IMG/VR virus record: IMGVR_UViG_3300009376_001085
Span: 35,132-99,131 of that record
DNA: 64,000 nt
Strand: one strand, 5' to 3'
Origin: a virus
Taxonomy: Duplodnaviria; Caudoviricetes
Every line of letters begins with the position of its first letter. Position 1 is the first letter of the stretch. The translations under genes and the position numbers were made by a program. This document shows positions 30,001 through 39,083 of the stretch, in pieces. The notes beneath the pieces are model-generated. The model did not search any database. It saw nothing but the letters and a program-made list of their open reading frames with translations, and was not told the DNA's origin.

Positions 30001-31270
30001 GTAATTTATTAATGTATTCTGTTTGCCAACTATCATAATTATTGACAGCATCCCAATGCCAGTATGATACGTTGTGTAAATTATTTTTAAAGATATCCCA
30101 ATGATTATAAAAATTATCCTTTCCTCCCCAACGTTCTAATTCTTCCTCCCAACGTTCATCTATTTCTTCTAATCTATCTGCAAAATTAAATACTTCATAA
30201 TTGTTTTGATGTAGCATATGATGACTGAAAATACTTGAAAGACTGCTGTTTTTTGGATTCCAATCAACATGTAATTTGTATTTTAAACCTATAGAAGGTC
30301 CACTAATATCATAAAATATAACTCTTTCTTTACCTGAATAATTAAATGTATTCAAAAAATGATTTCCTAAAAATCCCGAACTTAAAAATACATAATTATC
30401 GAATTGTTTTGGAGCATCAGCTTTCTCTAATAATGGATAGAAATTTTCAAATTCTTCGGGATATGGTTCGGTATTAAATAAATAAATTTTACTTGAATAA
30501 TGGGATGTTTTGGCAAATTCTAATTTTTTAATTTCTTGTTCTACCTCTTGTATTTGTTTTTGATTATGTTGAAGTTCTTCTAAATAATAAAATTGTTTAA
30601 GTTTTCGTATTTTTTGAGTAAATGATGTAACATTATATCCATGCTTAAAAATACAATTTAAAATATTCCAGCCCCATGACATATTAGTTTCGGGTAAATA
30701 TTCTTTTGTTTTATTATTAGAATTTAACCAAGTTGGTGTATAATCATCATGTAGATTTATTTTACTCCTATTTGCATCATATATAATTTGGTCATGTAAA
30801 ATATTACCAGTATGAAGTGGACTACCTATTTTTTTCCATAATTGTAAATTAATAAAAAGTAATTGCGGATGAATTCCATACCAATGCCTTTTATGATTTA
30901 ATCTTGATGGAGCGTCATTGTCTACTAAATGGGCAAGAAGTACTGAATTAGGATTTTCTTCTGCTAATTTTACTAATTCAAAAGATAGATCTAACCGAAA
31001 AATGTTTGCTGGTTTAATAACTAATGCATATTTACGATGACTTGCTAATGCATCTTTTAAGCATTCATAAAGACTATTGCTTTCGGTATAAAAAACATTG
31101 CGATGCTGAATAGCCAATTCACCTTCTAATCCAGATCTAGTTAATTTGTCTGCCAATTCAAACATATAATCATTTGTAACTTCATCAATACAATGAGAAT
31201 TATCTGTCCAATAACAATAATATATTTCTTCTTCTGCTATAGAATTTAATTCTTTAGTTTCGTTCAACAT
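27017..31270 (-). CDS. 1417-aa protein: unknown N-terminal region plus two tandem radical SAM modules
   Basis: Module 1 CVLPW..CC..CSAC / CNLACRMC / GGEP; module 2 CILPW..CC..CQKC / CNLACATC / GGEP. Confidence 0.85.
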   Translation of the reverse strand: MLNETKELNSIAEEEIYYCYWTDNSHCIDEVTNDYMFELADKLTRSGLEGELAIQHRNVFYTESNSLYECLKDALASHRKYALVIKPANIFRLDLSFELVKLAEENPNSVLLAHLVDNDAPSRLNHKRHWYGIHPQLLFINLQLWKKIGSPLHTGNILHDQIIYDANRSKINLHDDYTPTWLNSNNKTKEYLPETNMSWGWNILNCIFKHGYNVTSFTQKIRKLKQFYYLEELQHNQKQIQEVEQEIKKLEFAKTSHYSSKIYLFNTEPYPEEFENFYPLLEKADAPKQFDNYVFLSSGFLGNHFLNTFNYSGKERVIFYDISGPSIGLKYKLHVDWNPKNSSLSSIFSHHMLHQNNYEVFNFADRLEEIDERWEEELERWGGKDNFYNHWDIFKNNLHNVSYWHWDAVNNYDSWQTEYINKLPGKTFFFVSNIYGNEFVLWAQQNYNNIAIKLQNLLKNLNSNVFVYGFLPDLGLIDVDNSKNIELINSYKRRIYLGEKENKQKNKTERRLFIDENETIPTPNWCVLPWIHLTSSVAGWYRPCCDSNKNIKDYSMANDPKDILHTSVIGIEDTFYGPDMNKIRSQFLNNERPKICSACWKKEDSGISSLRVAMNSRFKDLIDKIDVTKPKLKYLDIKYDSTCNLACRMCSTGSSDQHQKEILSYVEDGQQIPDHFSYATPELLNKDTYKRQYVKRLNKSNEKPFLEQDVINAIPELEVLKATGGEPTINKKFLNAVDYAIEHDYAKNIELDLTTNGTKFTNEVLEKISQFKQLRLRISVDGTKDVYEYIRYPFSWNLLNKSITNLFEFCQNNNLFFLAQENEILPKALIGFSIVAQPYNIFNLGEIYRWASNFYEKYCGFINPELIDICIDFQMIPEQSELNPLFLPKSMLKKAYKKFVKDVKGIPGIEPRIEYFNNFVENVDSNLPIRDLKHKELKKFTEFFDKNRKQDYHNHLDPEMIAYLDNAPVAPWEKENNGFCILPWIHLSTRTTGNMQLCCTANSGSDEDHPMVGCNRKDNGELVNLKHDNWKEQWNTKYMRDVRLAMLKGEKPRECQKCYKEEEVGYNSKRNWENKKWFSKLNYDSIVWNTTPDGSAPANIHYVDLKLGNKCNLACATCNPDDSSYWVKDWKTIINSDNISHKLYKQMEWSKGKEQRGGYDWYKNKVTWDELATQKFMNDAYILGGEPTIINEFREFIEYASPKMNLRFNTNIQVCDNELLDLLKRLNFVEVAASIDGINLKHKWLRYPSEFDLTLENLKKYNNFSKENPNVRLNIDTTASIFNIIHIPELIKWKLSQPELIEINKWPVHGGMIGIHFLYNPKFLSVKCLPKELKEKASDEYTDLYKWLEQNFEHYTDALEKPTGIRKLQSLIDFMWSEDLSHLLPLTNEYIRKLEVVRKLNFCEIFPELEELYNYGK

Positions 31271-32664
31271 TGCATTAATTCTTCCATTTCATAAAATGTT
31301 TTCTTAAAATTTGTACCACGTACCTTATCATTGAGAGTAAGGTATTCTTGAAACTCTGGCATACGCCTTGACCAATCTTCTTGAAACATAAAATTGATCA
31401 TACCCTGTAATCGTTTAATGCCATAACTTGCTTCTCGCCATTTATCGTATGTTATTTTTCCTTTGTGCCAAGACGGAATACCTTTCTCCCAATTTTCTTC
31501 CCACCACGGATAAAAGTCTTCGTATTTTTGCTTAATTTTTTCTTTGAACCAGAGAGGAAATATCTTAACATTAAGATGAGGAGGCCAATATACAAAATGG
31601 TAGTTAATGCCGCCTGCTCCAAACGGCCACATATTGATTTTTTTAAATCCTTGATCAAGTTTCCACCTTATTAAATCTGGTATATAGTACATATTTAATG
31701 CCTGTACTGCACAGGCAATTGTTACTTCTACATTATCATTTGTATTATCTAACATATGAAATTGCTTAACCTGATGCTTCCATTTACTTGGAAAACGAAT
31801 ATAATCATTCATTTTTCCTATTGAATCTATACTATAATGAAATCGCACACGTTTAAACTTATCCCATAATTTAAATAACCTATTAGGCATTTCGACGCCA
31901 TTACTGTTATATCTTAATTCGATTTTAGAAGCATAACCCATTTCGATTATCTTTTCAAGAAGAGTATAATGCTCCTCTATAATTGTACTTTCTCCGCCGG
32001 CAAAATACAATTGATAAATGTTTGGTATTTGGTTATACAAGTCTTCCCAAAACTTAGGATTTTTCTTGTACCAATTATACGTTGCACCCCATTCATCGGC
32101 GCCACCTCCATGCCATTGACATGTATCTTTAAGTGTTTCATTTCGTATTTGCGGATAAAATGCTTTCCAATCTTTAACCCAATCACTAGAATCATGAGGA
32201 CTACACATAATACATCTTAAATTACATTTAGAACCTAAACGCAAATCAATATATCTTATTTTAGGAGGTATTTCACCATCTTCGTTTGTTTCTCCGATCA
32301 TATCATCTAAACTAAATCGTTCCATCCAATATGCTGTTTCCCATTGTCGTTTAGATAAATGCCCTGCATCTTCTTCTTTAAAACACTTCATACAACTAGG
32401 AGGCTTTTCTCCTGCGAGCATTTGTAATCGTATATTCTTCATGTAGGAATTATTCCAAGATTCGTTTAATCCTGCCACATTTAAATTGGCTGGGTTTCCA
32501 TCTTCGGTGCGTAACTCGCCTACTTTTGCCCCTAATGCTTTAACATTAGTAGGTCCTACGCCAGAAGCATTAGCCGTACAGCATACTCGCATCGCACCAT
32601 CAGGTCGTGTGCTAAGATGCATCCAAGGTAATGCACAAAATGTTTCAGAAGGTAGTTTCTGCAT
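31264..32664 (-). CDS. radical SAM protein with N-terminal twitch/SPASM-like Cys cluster
   Basis: CALPW...CC...CMKC, CNLRCIMC, AGGES. Confidence 0.9.
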   Translation of the reverse strand: MQKLPSETFCALPWMHLSTRPDGAMRVCCTANASGVGPTNVKALGAKVGELRTEDGNPANLNVAGLNESWNNSYMKNIRLQMLAGEKPPSCMKCFKEEDAGHLSKRQWETAYWMERFSLDDMIGETNEDGEIPPKIRYIDLRLGSKCNLRCIMCSPHDSSDWVKDWKAFYPQIRNETLKDTCQWHGGGADEWGATYNWYKKNPKFWEDLYNQIPNIYQLYFAGGESTIIEEHYTLLEKIIEMGYASKIELRYNSNGVEMPNRLFKLWDKFKRVRFHYSIDSIGKMNDYIRFPSKWKHQVKQFHMLDNTNDNVEVTIACAVQALNMYYIPDLIRWKLDQGFKKINMWPFGAGGINYHFVYWPPHLNVKIFPLWFKEKIKQKYEDFYPWWEENWEKGIPSWHKGKITYDKWREASYGIKRLQGMINFMFQEDWSRRMPEFQEYLTLNDKVRGTNFKKTFYEMEELMQC

Positions 32665-33301
32665 ATGACTTTTTAAATTTTTCCCAACTTCTAATTAGTA
32701 TAGGGGACCAAAATTTCCAATCTAACCTTGCACCATTACATATTATATGATATCTAGGTTTATCTCCATTGTTTGTAACTGTATGATCCCATACATTAGA
32801 AAAAAACCAAGTAGATCCGTTTTTAATAGGAATATTACCCCAATGAGGCATAGTAAAATCACACCCTTCGGGATGTTGTATAGAAAAATGCAATACTCCT
32901 AACTGCTTCATTTGTTGTTCTAATGGAATTACAGGGTCATCTCTATCATTATGTAAGAAAATAGATCCACCAGGATCTATTTTCATAAATCTAGTTCTTC
33001 GTTGACTTTTTATTCCGGCATTATTTTGTAAGAAGTTTTTTGTTACTGGACATTTATCTGCTATACTTGTCCAATCATATTTAACATCGTTATCAGTATG
33101 ATATACATTTGTATGATCGCCATCAATTCCATACAATGCTAAACTAGACCAACCAATTCCGTCGCTTTTTCTATAAGGCACCCATTCAGTCATCTGTTCA
33201 ACTTCAGGAAGAATGCTTTCCCACGGACATTTAAAATCTAACATTAACCAAGGCAATCCAGTTTGGGTTCGAATCCAGTCAATGTAATTATTTTGATTCA
33301 T
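32645..33301 (-). CDS. aspartyl/asparaginyl beta-hydroxylase-like oxygenase
   Basis: RTRFMKIDPGGSIFLHND...WDHTVTN...PRYHII. Confidence 0.75.
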   Translation of the reverse strand: MNQNNYIDWIRTQTGLPWLMLDFKCPWESILPEVEQMTEWVPYRKSDGIGWSSLALYGIDGDHTNVYHTDNDVKYDWTSIADKCPVTKNFLQNNAGIKSQRRTRFMKIDPGGSIFLHNDRDDPVIPLEQQMKQLGVLHFSIQHPEGCDFTMPHWGNIPIKNGSTWFFSNVWDHTVTNNGDKPRYHIICNGARLDWKFWSPILIRSWEKFKKSYAETTF

Positions 33302-33612
33302 TATTTTTTATTAATGCTATCAATAAAAACATCTCTGTCTTTAATTTCACATGTTTTTTTACATTTCTCAACAGGATTATTGGTATTCCAAGAATTTATA
33401 ATACCATTAAACAACGAACCATCTAATACTTCTTGTATAGTATTATTATACAAACTATTATCATACTTGGCATTAAGTTCACCAAATAAAGTTTTCGGTT
33501 GATTTCCTGCTAACATATTTAACGATTCTGAATTCACATAACAGCAAGGTATTAATTCGCCTAAATGATTTATGAATAGTCGTTTTTGATTTCCGTATTT
33601 ACATTCTATCAT
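33301..33612 (-). CDS. stand-alone SPASM/twitch domain protein
   Basis: IECK...LFINHLGELIPCC...CKKTC, homologous by eye to the C-terminus of 35008-36069. Confidence 0.75.
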   Translation of the reverse strand: MIECKYGNQKRLFINHLGELIPCCYVNSESLNMLAGNQPKTLFGELNAKYDNSLYNNTIQEVLDGSLFNGIINSWNTNNPVEKCKKTCEIKDRDVFIDSINKK

Positions 33613-33633
33613 TACAGTTTTTTATCATACATA

Positions 33634-34419
33634 TCAAAAAATATCTTCACCATTTTCAAGGTCTTTTTCCTTTATCTTATTGAAAGCATATTCTCCTAAT
33701 ACTTTATTTTCATTCACACCCAAATGAAATAAGTCTCTAGCATATGTAGTTTCTAATGGTTTAATATCTTTAATCTTATAAGGACTACCTTCAGGTAAAT
33801 GTATTATTTTACAATCATATTCTTGACATATTTGGTTTAATAAATTTGTATATATAAACCTTCTCCATTCTTGATTCTTTTCATTAACAAATAAATCTAA
33901 ATATTCCCTTTTATACTTACTATCAGAAGGTAAACCATTACCACAATTACCAGCAAAAAATTCATCATCGCCATGATCTTCATTCACCCACCAATTTAAT
34001 CTAGATATTGGTGGATGTTTAAATACATAAATTTTAGGTTTTAATATAGGTATCCAATATAGTGCTCTTTGGGTCGCATGTGACCAATCAGACCCACCAA
34101 TGGCAATATTATGATGGAAAACTTCATAATGATCAGCTGTGATTTTACTCCACATCATATCTAATGGCATTCCTATTCCAACTGTTTGTGAACAACCATT
34201 AAATAATATTGTACAATTTTTCAAAAATGAATCAGAACGATAACCATGTTCATTAAATGTATATTTTATATCAAAATCAATCCAACCTTGCTTTTCAAGT
34301 TCATCATAATTATGTTTGAGATTATAATCATATATTTCTTTAGTATCAGCAGATAACCATGAAATGCTTTGATTACTATATTTAAAATATTTTGAAACAC
34401 CATGTTTCCATTTATCCAT
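33634..34419 (-). CDS. SGNH/GDSL-like protein
   Basis: FNEHGYR, FNGCSQTVG, NIAIGG, ARDLFHLG; likely start MDKWK at 34419. Confidence 0.6.
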   Translation of the reverse strand: MDKWKHGVSKYFKYSNQSISWLSADTKEIYDYNLKHNYDELEKQGWIDFDIKYTFNEHGYRSDSFLKNCTILFNGCSQTVGIGMPLDMMWSKITADHYEVFHHNIAIGGSDWSHATQRALYWIPILKPKIYVFKHPPISRLNWWVNEDHGDDEFFAGNCGNGLPSDSKYKREYLDLFVNEKNQEWRRFIYTNLLNQICQEYDCKIIHLPEGSPYKIKDIKPLETTYARDLFHLGVNENKVLGEYAFNKIKEKDLENGEDIF

Positions 34420-35008
34420 ATTTAACTTCTCCACTATTAGTTCTATGAGACCATATAGTTCTAAACTTTTTGAAACCTTCATCAATTGACATCTGCTTGG
34501 CTTTTTCCATCAGATGATGATTATGATCAAAAACAATGAATTGCCAGGTTGCTTTTCCACCTGCGTTTATAAATGTTCTCCAATTTTCTTGTACTTTTTT
34601 AAAATTTGACCCTACTCTGTACTGTTCTAATGATTGTTGATCGATTCCATCAATACCAAAAAATACCGAAACTTTTCTTTCTCCTAACTCCTTCCAAAAA
34701 TTAACAGTCCTTGTTGATCCATTAGTAGCAATATTTACACCAGTAAAGGATAAAAAATAATCTACAATATCAATAAACTGAGGATGAGTAGTTGGTTCAT
34801 CAACAGAACCACAAAAGTTTATAACTTGTAAGTTAGGTAAGTAACCAGGAGGAATCCATTTTTTTAAATCATTTAATTTTATGTAAGACTTATTAAGTAT
34901 ATGTCCTACTTCATTATTCATTTCTTGACGCAAACATCCGGGACAATGAATATTGCAATAACTAGTAAGCTCTATATCTATCCATTCAACTGTATCTTTA
35001 TGCCACAT
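34412..35008 (-). CDS. radical SAM core domain lacking its C-terminal SPASM domain
   Basis: CNIHCPGC, FCGSVDEP, TNGS, FGIDG, WQFIVFDHN; ends where paralogs continue. Confidence 0.85.
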   Translation of the reverse strand: MWHKDTVEWIDIELTSYCNIHCPGCLRQEMNNEVGHILNKSYIKLNDLKKWIPPGYLPNLQVINFCGSVDEPTTHPQFIDIVDYFLSFTGVNIATNGSTRTVNFWKELGERKVSVFFGIDGIDQQSLEQYRVGSNFKKVQENWRTFINAGGKATWQFIVFDHNHHLMEKAKQMSIDEGFKKFRTIWSHRTNSGEVKYG

Positions 35009-36069
35009 TATATAAATTGCTCCTTAAATGCGTCAAACCCTATGCCACATTTATTTGCACAAACTTTAAGTTTACCATCGTTAACACTAGAACATGACCA
35101 TGAATCTTCTATTGCTTTAAAAAATGGACCTTCTACAATTTCCTTTAATGTATGCTTTCTTAAACTAATATTATCTGGGTCTCCAATTAATTTCCAAATT
35201 GGTGCTTCGCGAGGTCCCCAATACCATTTATATTGTTGTCCTGCTGTCCAACAACAAGGAAAAACATGTCCTTCTGCTGTAACAAATATTTCTGACTTTT
35301 CTATTGCTTTACAACTTATAGGTGTCTTATCATAATATGCATCCATACTACCATGTTCGGTTACTAAATCTTTTTCTTTTTTAAGAGCAGAATTAACATA
35401 TTTGTCTTTTGGCTTTTCTAACTTTTGTGTTTCTTCACCTTTTCTATTTGTTGCTTGATGTGACTCTTTACCTTTATGTTGAACTGTGGAAAAGAATCTC
35501 CCTGTCTTTTTAACTTGAAATTTTTCAAAGCCCATATCTTTTGAGAGTTGTTTTGCTTCGTCTACTTGATGCTCATTATGTTTAAACACTATAAAATCCC
35601 ATTTAGCACGGCCGCCTCTTTTAATAAATGCTTTTGCATTTTCCATTACTCGTTCCCATTTAACTTTTTGTCTATATAAATGATTGGTATCTTCTAAACC
35701 ATCTATGCTAAATGTTATAACTACATCAAGATCTGCTAAATCTTCCCAAAAGTAATCTAATCTAGCACCTCCGTTAGTATTCATACCTAACCACATTTTC
35801 GGATTAGCATGTCTAAAATATCTAAATCCTTCACCTGCATAACTGCTTACACATGGATCACCTAAGTTACCACACATATACATAGAATCTAATTGCTCTA
35901 CAAAACTGCAAGGAAACATTTCATAATAATCTGCAGAACTTAACATTGCATTATGAAGATATGGATTATCTTTACCACCATTTATATTGCGGTCGCATTG
36001 CGGACAGGCGGCATTACATCCTTGGGTTGGCTCTATATGAACACTTTTTATATCTTCATATCTATACAT
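35008..36069 (-). CDS. radical SAM/SPASM protein
   Basis: CNAACPQC, CGNLGDP, TNGG, FSIDG; C-terminal ISCK...FPCCW...CANKC. Confidence 0.9.
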   Translation of the reverse strand: MYRYEDIKSVHIEPTQGCNAACPQCDRNINGGKDNPYLHNAMLSSADYYEMFPCSFVEQLDSMYMCGNLGDPCVSSYAGEGFRYFRHANPKMWLGMNTNGGARLDYFWEDLADLDVVITFSIDGLEDTNHLYRQKVKWERVMENAKAFIKRGGRAKWDFIVFKHNEHQVDEAKQLSKDMGFEKFQVKKTGRFFSTVQHKGKESHQATNRKGEETQKLEKPKDKYVNSALKKEKDLVTEHGSMDAYYDKTPISCKAIEKSEIFVTAEGHVFPCCWTAGQQYKWYWGPREAPIWKLIGDPDNISLRKHTLKEIVEGPFFKAIEDSWSCSSVNDGKLKVCANKCGIGFDAFKEQFI

Positions 36070-36162
36070 TTAATCATATATGGGTCGAGGAGTTGAATCT
36101 TTTTTTCTTAATAGCTTTCGGCGTTTATACCAATTTTTAATTTTTTTAATTATCGAGCACAT
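36070..36162 (-). CDS. 30-aa basic peptide MCSIIKKIKNWYKRRKLLRKKDSTPRPIYD; not in the ORF track
   Basis: Hand translation; fills the gap exactly, stop abuts the next ATG; resembles the 38596-38736 peptide. Confidence 0.55.
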   Translation of the reverse strand: MCSIIKKIKNWYKRRKLLRKKDSTPRPIYD

Positions 36163-37180
36163 TTCGTATCCCCTCATCTTGCAATAAGTATTCTACAATT
36201 AAATCACAGCCAGCTTCGTTTGGATGACAAGAAGGCAAATAATAATTTTGCATCCAATTTTGCCATATATCATCTATCCCCTTTTCATTTTTTTCACCAT
36301 AATCTAACATAGATTTAATTCGAAAAGGAAATTCATTCTCTTCTAATAAAATATATGAAATGGGGTGTTCTTTGTACATATCTTGATCTATATTAAATAA
36401 ATCTCTAAATTTTAGTAAAACATTGCCTTGTTTTTTACCTAGTTCATATGTGCTTTTTGGTAATAACTTTATAAGTTCTTCTTTTTCCCACATAGGCAAA
36501 AGCCATCTAGGTTCAACCCAATCGTATAACCAAATACCTAATTCAAAATGTTTAGACCAAAAATGTTTTAAACTCCAAATAAAATTAATAAACTGTTCTA
36601 TATAATATTGACTATGGAAATAATTTGCATAATTTTCAATACAGCAGTTATTTAATACAGGTTCAAAATATTCTTCGTCTGTTCGTTTGTTGTATTTTTC
36701 TTTTATACTATTTTTACATTGTTCAGGATACCATGTTTCAGTATCATTGTTATCTAAGTATTCATCTGTTACTGTTAAGTAATTAGCCCGCAAAGAAGGC
36801 CGTGCATATTTTTCCGGTGAATCAAAATATTCTATATTGTGATAAAAAACATTATCTCGTTGAATATAATTTTTTCCTTCTATTATTTCTGATTTATTTA
36901 CAATGCCGTTGTTTAATTTATGAGTTACAGATGCTAAGTATCTAAAATCTGCTAACTCTAATATTATTTTTTTGCAATAGTTTTCCTTTGCTAAAAAATA
37001 TAACATTTGTTGAGCATATTCCCAACTTGTTGCACCAACAGCAAAACTATGAAATTCATAATTTGGATATAATTTTCCTAGCTTGTTAATAAAAAATTTA
37101 GAAAATCTTTCTTCAAAAGTACCAAAATCGTCTTGAGGTACACTATAACTAGTTCCTATTATTGCTACTTTTTCTTTCAT
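36146..37180 (-). CDS. SGNH-like hypothetical protein
   Basis: AIIGTSYS N-terminal block, SFAVGA, CHPNEAG C-terminal block. Confidence 0.5.
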   Translation of the reverse strand: MKEKVAIIGTSYSVPQDDFGTFEERFSKFFINKLGKLYPNYEFHSFAVGATSWEYAQQMLYFLAKENYCKKIILELADFRYLASVTHKLNNGIVNKSEIIEGKNYIQRDNVFYHNIEYFDSPEKYARPSLRANYLTVTDEYLDNNDTETWYPEQCKNSIKEKYNKRTDEEYFEPVLNNCCIENYANYFHSQYYIEQFINFIWSLKHFWSKHFELGIWLYDWVEPRWLLPMWEKEELIKLLPKSTYELGKKQGNVLLKFRDLFNIDQDMYKEHPISYILLEENEFPFRIKSMLDYGEKNEKGIDDIWQNWMQNYYLPSCHPNEAGCDLIVEYLLQDEGIRNVLDN

Positions 37181-37938
37181 TTATATCCTATTAACATAAA
37201 TCTTGTATATTTTTCTAATTCAAGTTCACCTTCATATATAATATTACTTAACGGTGCTTGCTGTTTAAATTCATTAATATCTTTAACACAATTGACATGT
37301 TCTGGTAATTCAAAATAGTTATTTGTTTGGAGTGCAACTAACTTATTCCTTGGTATTGCATTAAACCATTCTGTAAATTTTTCAATATGCTCACAACTTG
37401 TGTTAATAATTGTATCTGGTATCTCATGGCATAATCTTGGTTCGCCGTTTACATTTGTAGTATAATAATGATATTCTCCATTTGTATTCGATTTTTCTTT
37501 TAACATATATGTAAAAAAAGAAACAATATCTAATGTTGTTGCTTTAAATGTCCAATTGTCTGCTTTCCATGGTTCATTTAAATCTTCTGCTATTTTCCAA
37601 CAACTATCATCTATATCAAAACTCCTTATTTTATCTACATAAATATTCTCATCTTCAAACATCATAGTCGCAAGGGTGCCATACCATCCGGCACATATAA
37701 AAACTATACCTAAATCAATACCTTTAAGTTTTTTTAATAGCCATTGTTTAGATTTTATTTGTCCTTGTGATAATGCATCTCCTATTTTATCATTATGTTT
37801 TTTTAATCCATGAATTAATTGTGATGGTATTTCTTCTTGCAATTTATCCCAATATTTGTCACCAGATAAGTAGATTTTTTTTGACATTTTTTTAGGCCAA
37901 AGAAGTTGTACTCTATTATGTATTTCTTCTAAATTCAT
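37177..37938 (-). CDS. putative class I SAM-dependent methyltransferase
   Basis: FICAGWYG, IRSFDID, IINTSCEH. Confidence 0.6.
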   Translation of the reverse strand: MNLEEIHNRVQLLWPKKMSKKIYLSGDKYWDKLQEEIPSQLIHGLKKHNDKIGDALSQGQIKSKQWLLKKLKGIDLGIVFICAGWYGTLATMMFEDENIYVDKIRSFDIDDSCWKIAEDLNEPWKADNWTFKATTLDIVSFFTYMLKEKSNTNGEYHYYTTNVNGEPRLCHEIPDTIINTSCEHIEKFTEWFNAIPRNKLVALQTNNYFELPEHVNCVKDINEFKQQAPLSNIIYEGELELEKYTRFMLIGYK

Positions 37939-38596
37939 TTTCTAACCATTCAAAATCGTTTACTTTATCTAACATTTCAGGATTATCTCTATATTTTAAC
38001 CCCCATTCTTTACCATCTTTTGCTCCTCGCATTCCGTCCTTACCATATGGTTTATCGGCACCTACTGTACACCAAATATGTAATCGTGTTTCTGTTTCTT
38101 CGTCTTTTTGGTTATGTATTATTTTGCTGGCGAGTTTAGTACATTCTCTAAATGCAGATTTATATGTGCTAAACGGACTGTAATTAAATCCATTAGTATT
38201 TGATACTTGTGGCATAGGTTTAAATTTGCCAGCAACCGATGTAGTAAAATCTATAAGCCAGTTATCTGCTTCACGTATAACTTTTGTAGGAAATAACTTT
38301 ACACCACCATTACCGTAAATTAATCCATTGATAGGATTCTTTGCACGCCAAACAAATATATGATCTTGTTGATGCCATTCTGGTTCAAAACTAAAATCAA
38401 AGTCAGGTTCAAGAATTGCATCAGCGTCTATAACATAAAAGTTTTTTGTCATAGCTTGTCTAGCACATTCTTTGTGGCCGTTAAAAATACCTTTAATTCC
38501 GTGAACACGTTTTGCATGAGGAGCGACTAACTGAAGCAACTCGTAATGTTCATCGGCAAATGGTTCGTCGTAACTTAGAAAAAATACATCAAGCAT
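37916..38596 (-). CDS. putative GT-A fold glycosyltransferase
   Basis: DVFFLSYDEP, GHKECA, YVIDADA (DxD). Confidence 0.55.
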   Translation of the reverse strand: MLDVFFLSYDEPFADEHYELLQLVAPHAKRVHGIKGIFNGHKECARQAMTKNFYVIDADAILEPDFDFSFEPEWHQQDHIFVWRAKNPINGLIYGNGGVKLFPTKVIREADNWLIDFTTSVAGKFKPMPQVSNTNGFNYSPFSTYKSAFRECTKLASKIIHNQKDEETETRLHIWCTVGADKPYGKDGMRGAKDGKEWGLKYRDNPEMLDKVNDFEWLENEFRRNT

Positions 38597-38736
38597 CAGT
38601 CATATATAAATGGATCTTCTTCACGAAGTTTTTTTAATTTTTTTCGATATTTTATTTCTAATACAATCCAATCATATGGCCATCGAACATAATACCATAT
38701 TCTTCTTAAGACATTTTTAATTTTTCTTTTTTCCAT
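38596..38736 (-). CDS. 46-aa basic peptide ending RKKLKKLREEDPFIYD; not in the ORF track
   Basis: Hand translation MEKRKIKNVLRRIWYYVRWPYDWIVLEIKYRKKLKKLREEDPFIYD; TGATG coupling to the downstream gene. Confidence 0.7.
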   Translation of the reverse strand: MEKRKIKNVLRRIWYYVRWPYDWIVLEIKYRKKLKKLREEDPFIYD

Positions 38737-39083
38737 AATTCCCTTATTGCTGTTGCAGAAATATTTTCTATTTCATCTGGCAGTCTTTCCAAAGTAATAG
38801 AATAACCTACATCACGACCATACGTAATGTCTACAATATTAGGTACTTGCATTATAACATAATCTTTATCAATTGTAAAGTTATGTTTAGTTAAATCTTC
38901 TGTAATTATTTCTTTTACTTCTTCAAACTTTAACGGGTTATTATTATTTACTGGCATGTTTCTAACAAATATAGCAACTTGGCCTGTTCTTTTCATTGCT
39001 TGTTTGAATAGCTCTCGATGCCCGCCATGCCATGGTTGATACCTACCCATCATTTGAACTGTAGGTTTTGTGCTATCTATCAT
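38706..39083 (-). CDS. cytidyltransferase-like (HxGH) nucleotidyltransferase
   Basis: GRYQPWHGGH, YGRDVGY, ISATAIR. Confidence 0.8.
   Translation of the reverse strand: MIDSTKPTVQMMGRYQPWHGGHRELFKQAMKRTGQVAIFVRNMPVNNNNPLKFEEVKEIITEDLTKHNFTIDKDYVIMQVPNIVDITYGRDVGYSITLERLPDEIENISATAIRELWKKEKLKMS

Noticed and set aside
33613-34419. Intron or mobile element splitting the radical SAM gene
   Set aside because: The intervening gene is SGNH-like, not a homing endonuclease or maturase, and there is no room for structured intron RNA or terminal repeats
21927-36069. Classical RiPP cluster (PqqE, SCIFF or mycofactocin type)
   Set aside because: No recognisable PqqD/RRE domain, leader-core precursor, peptidase or ABC exporter next to the rSAM genes; kept only as an alternative hypothesis
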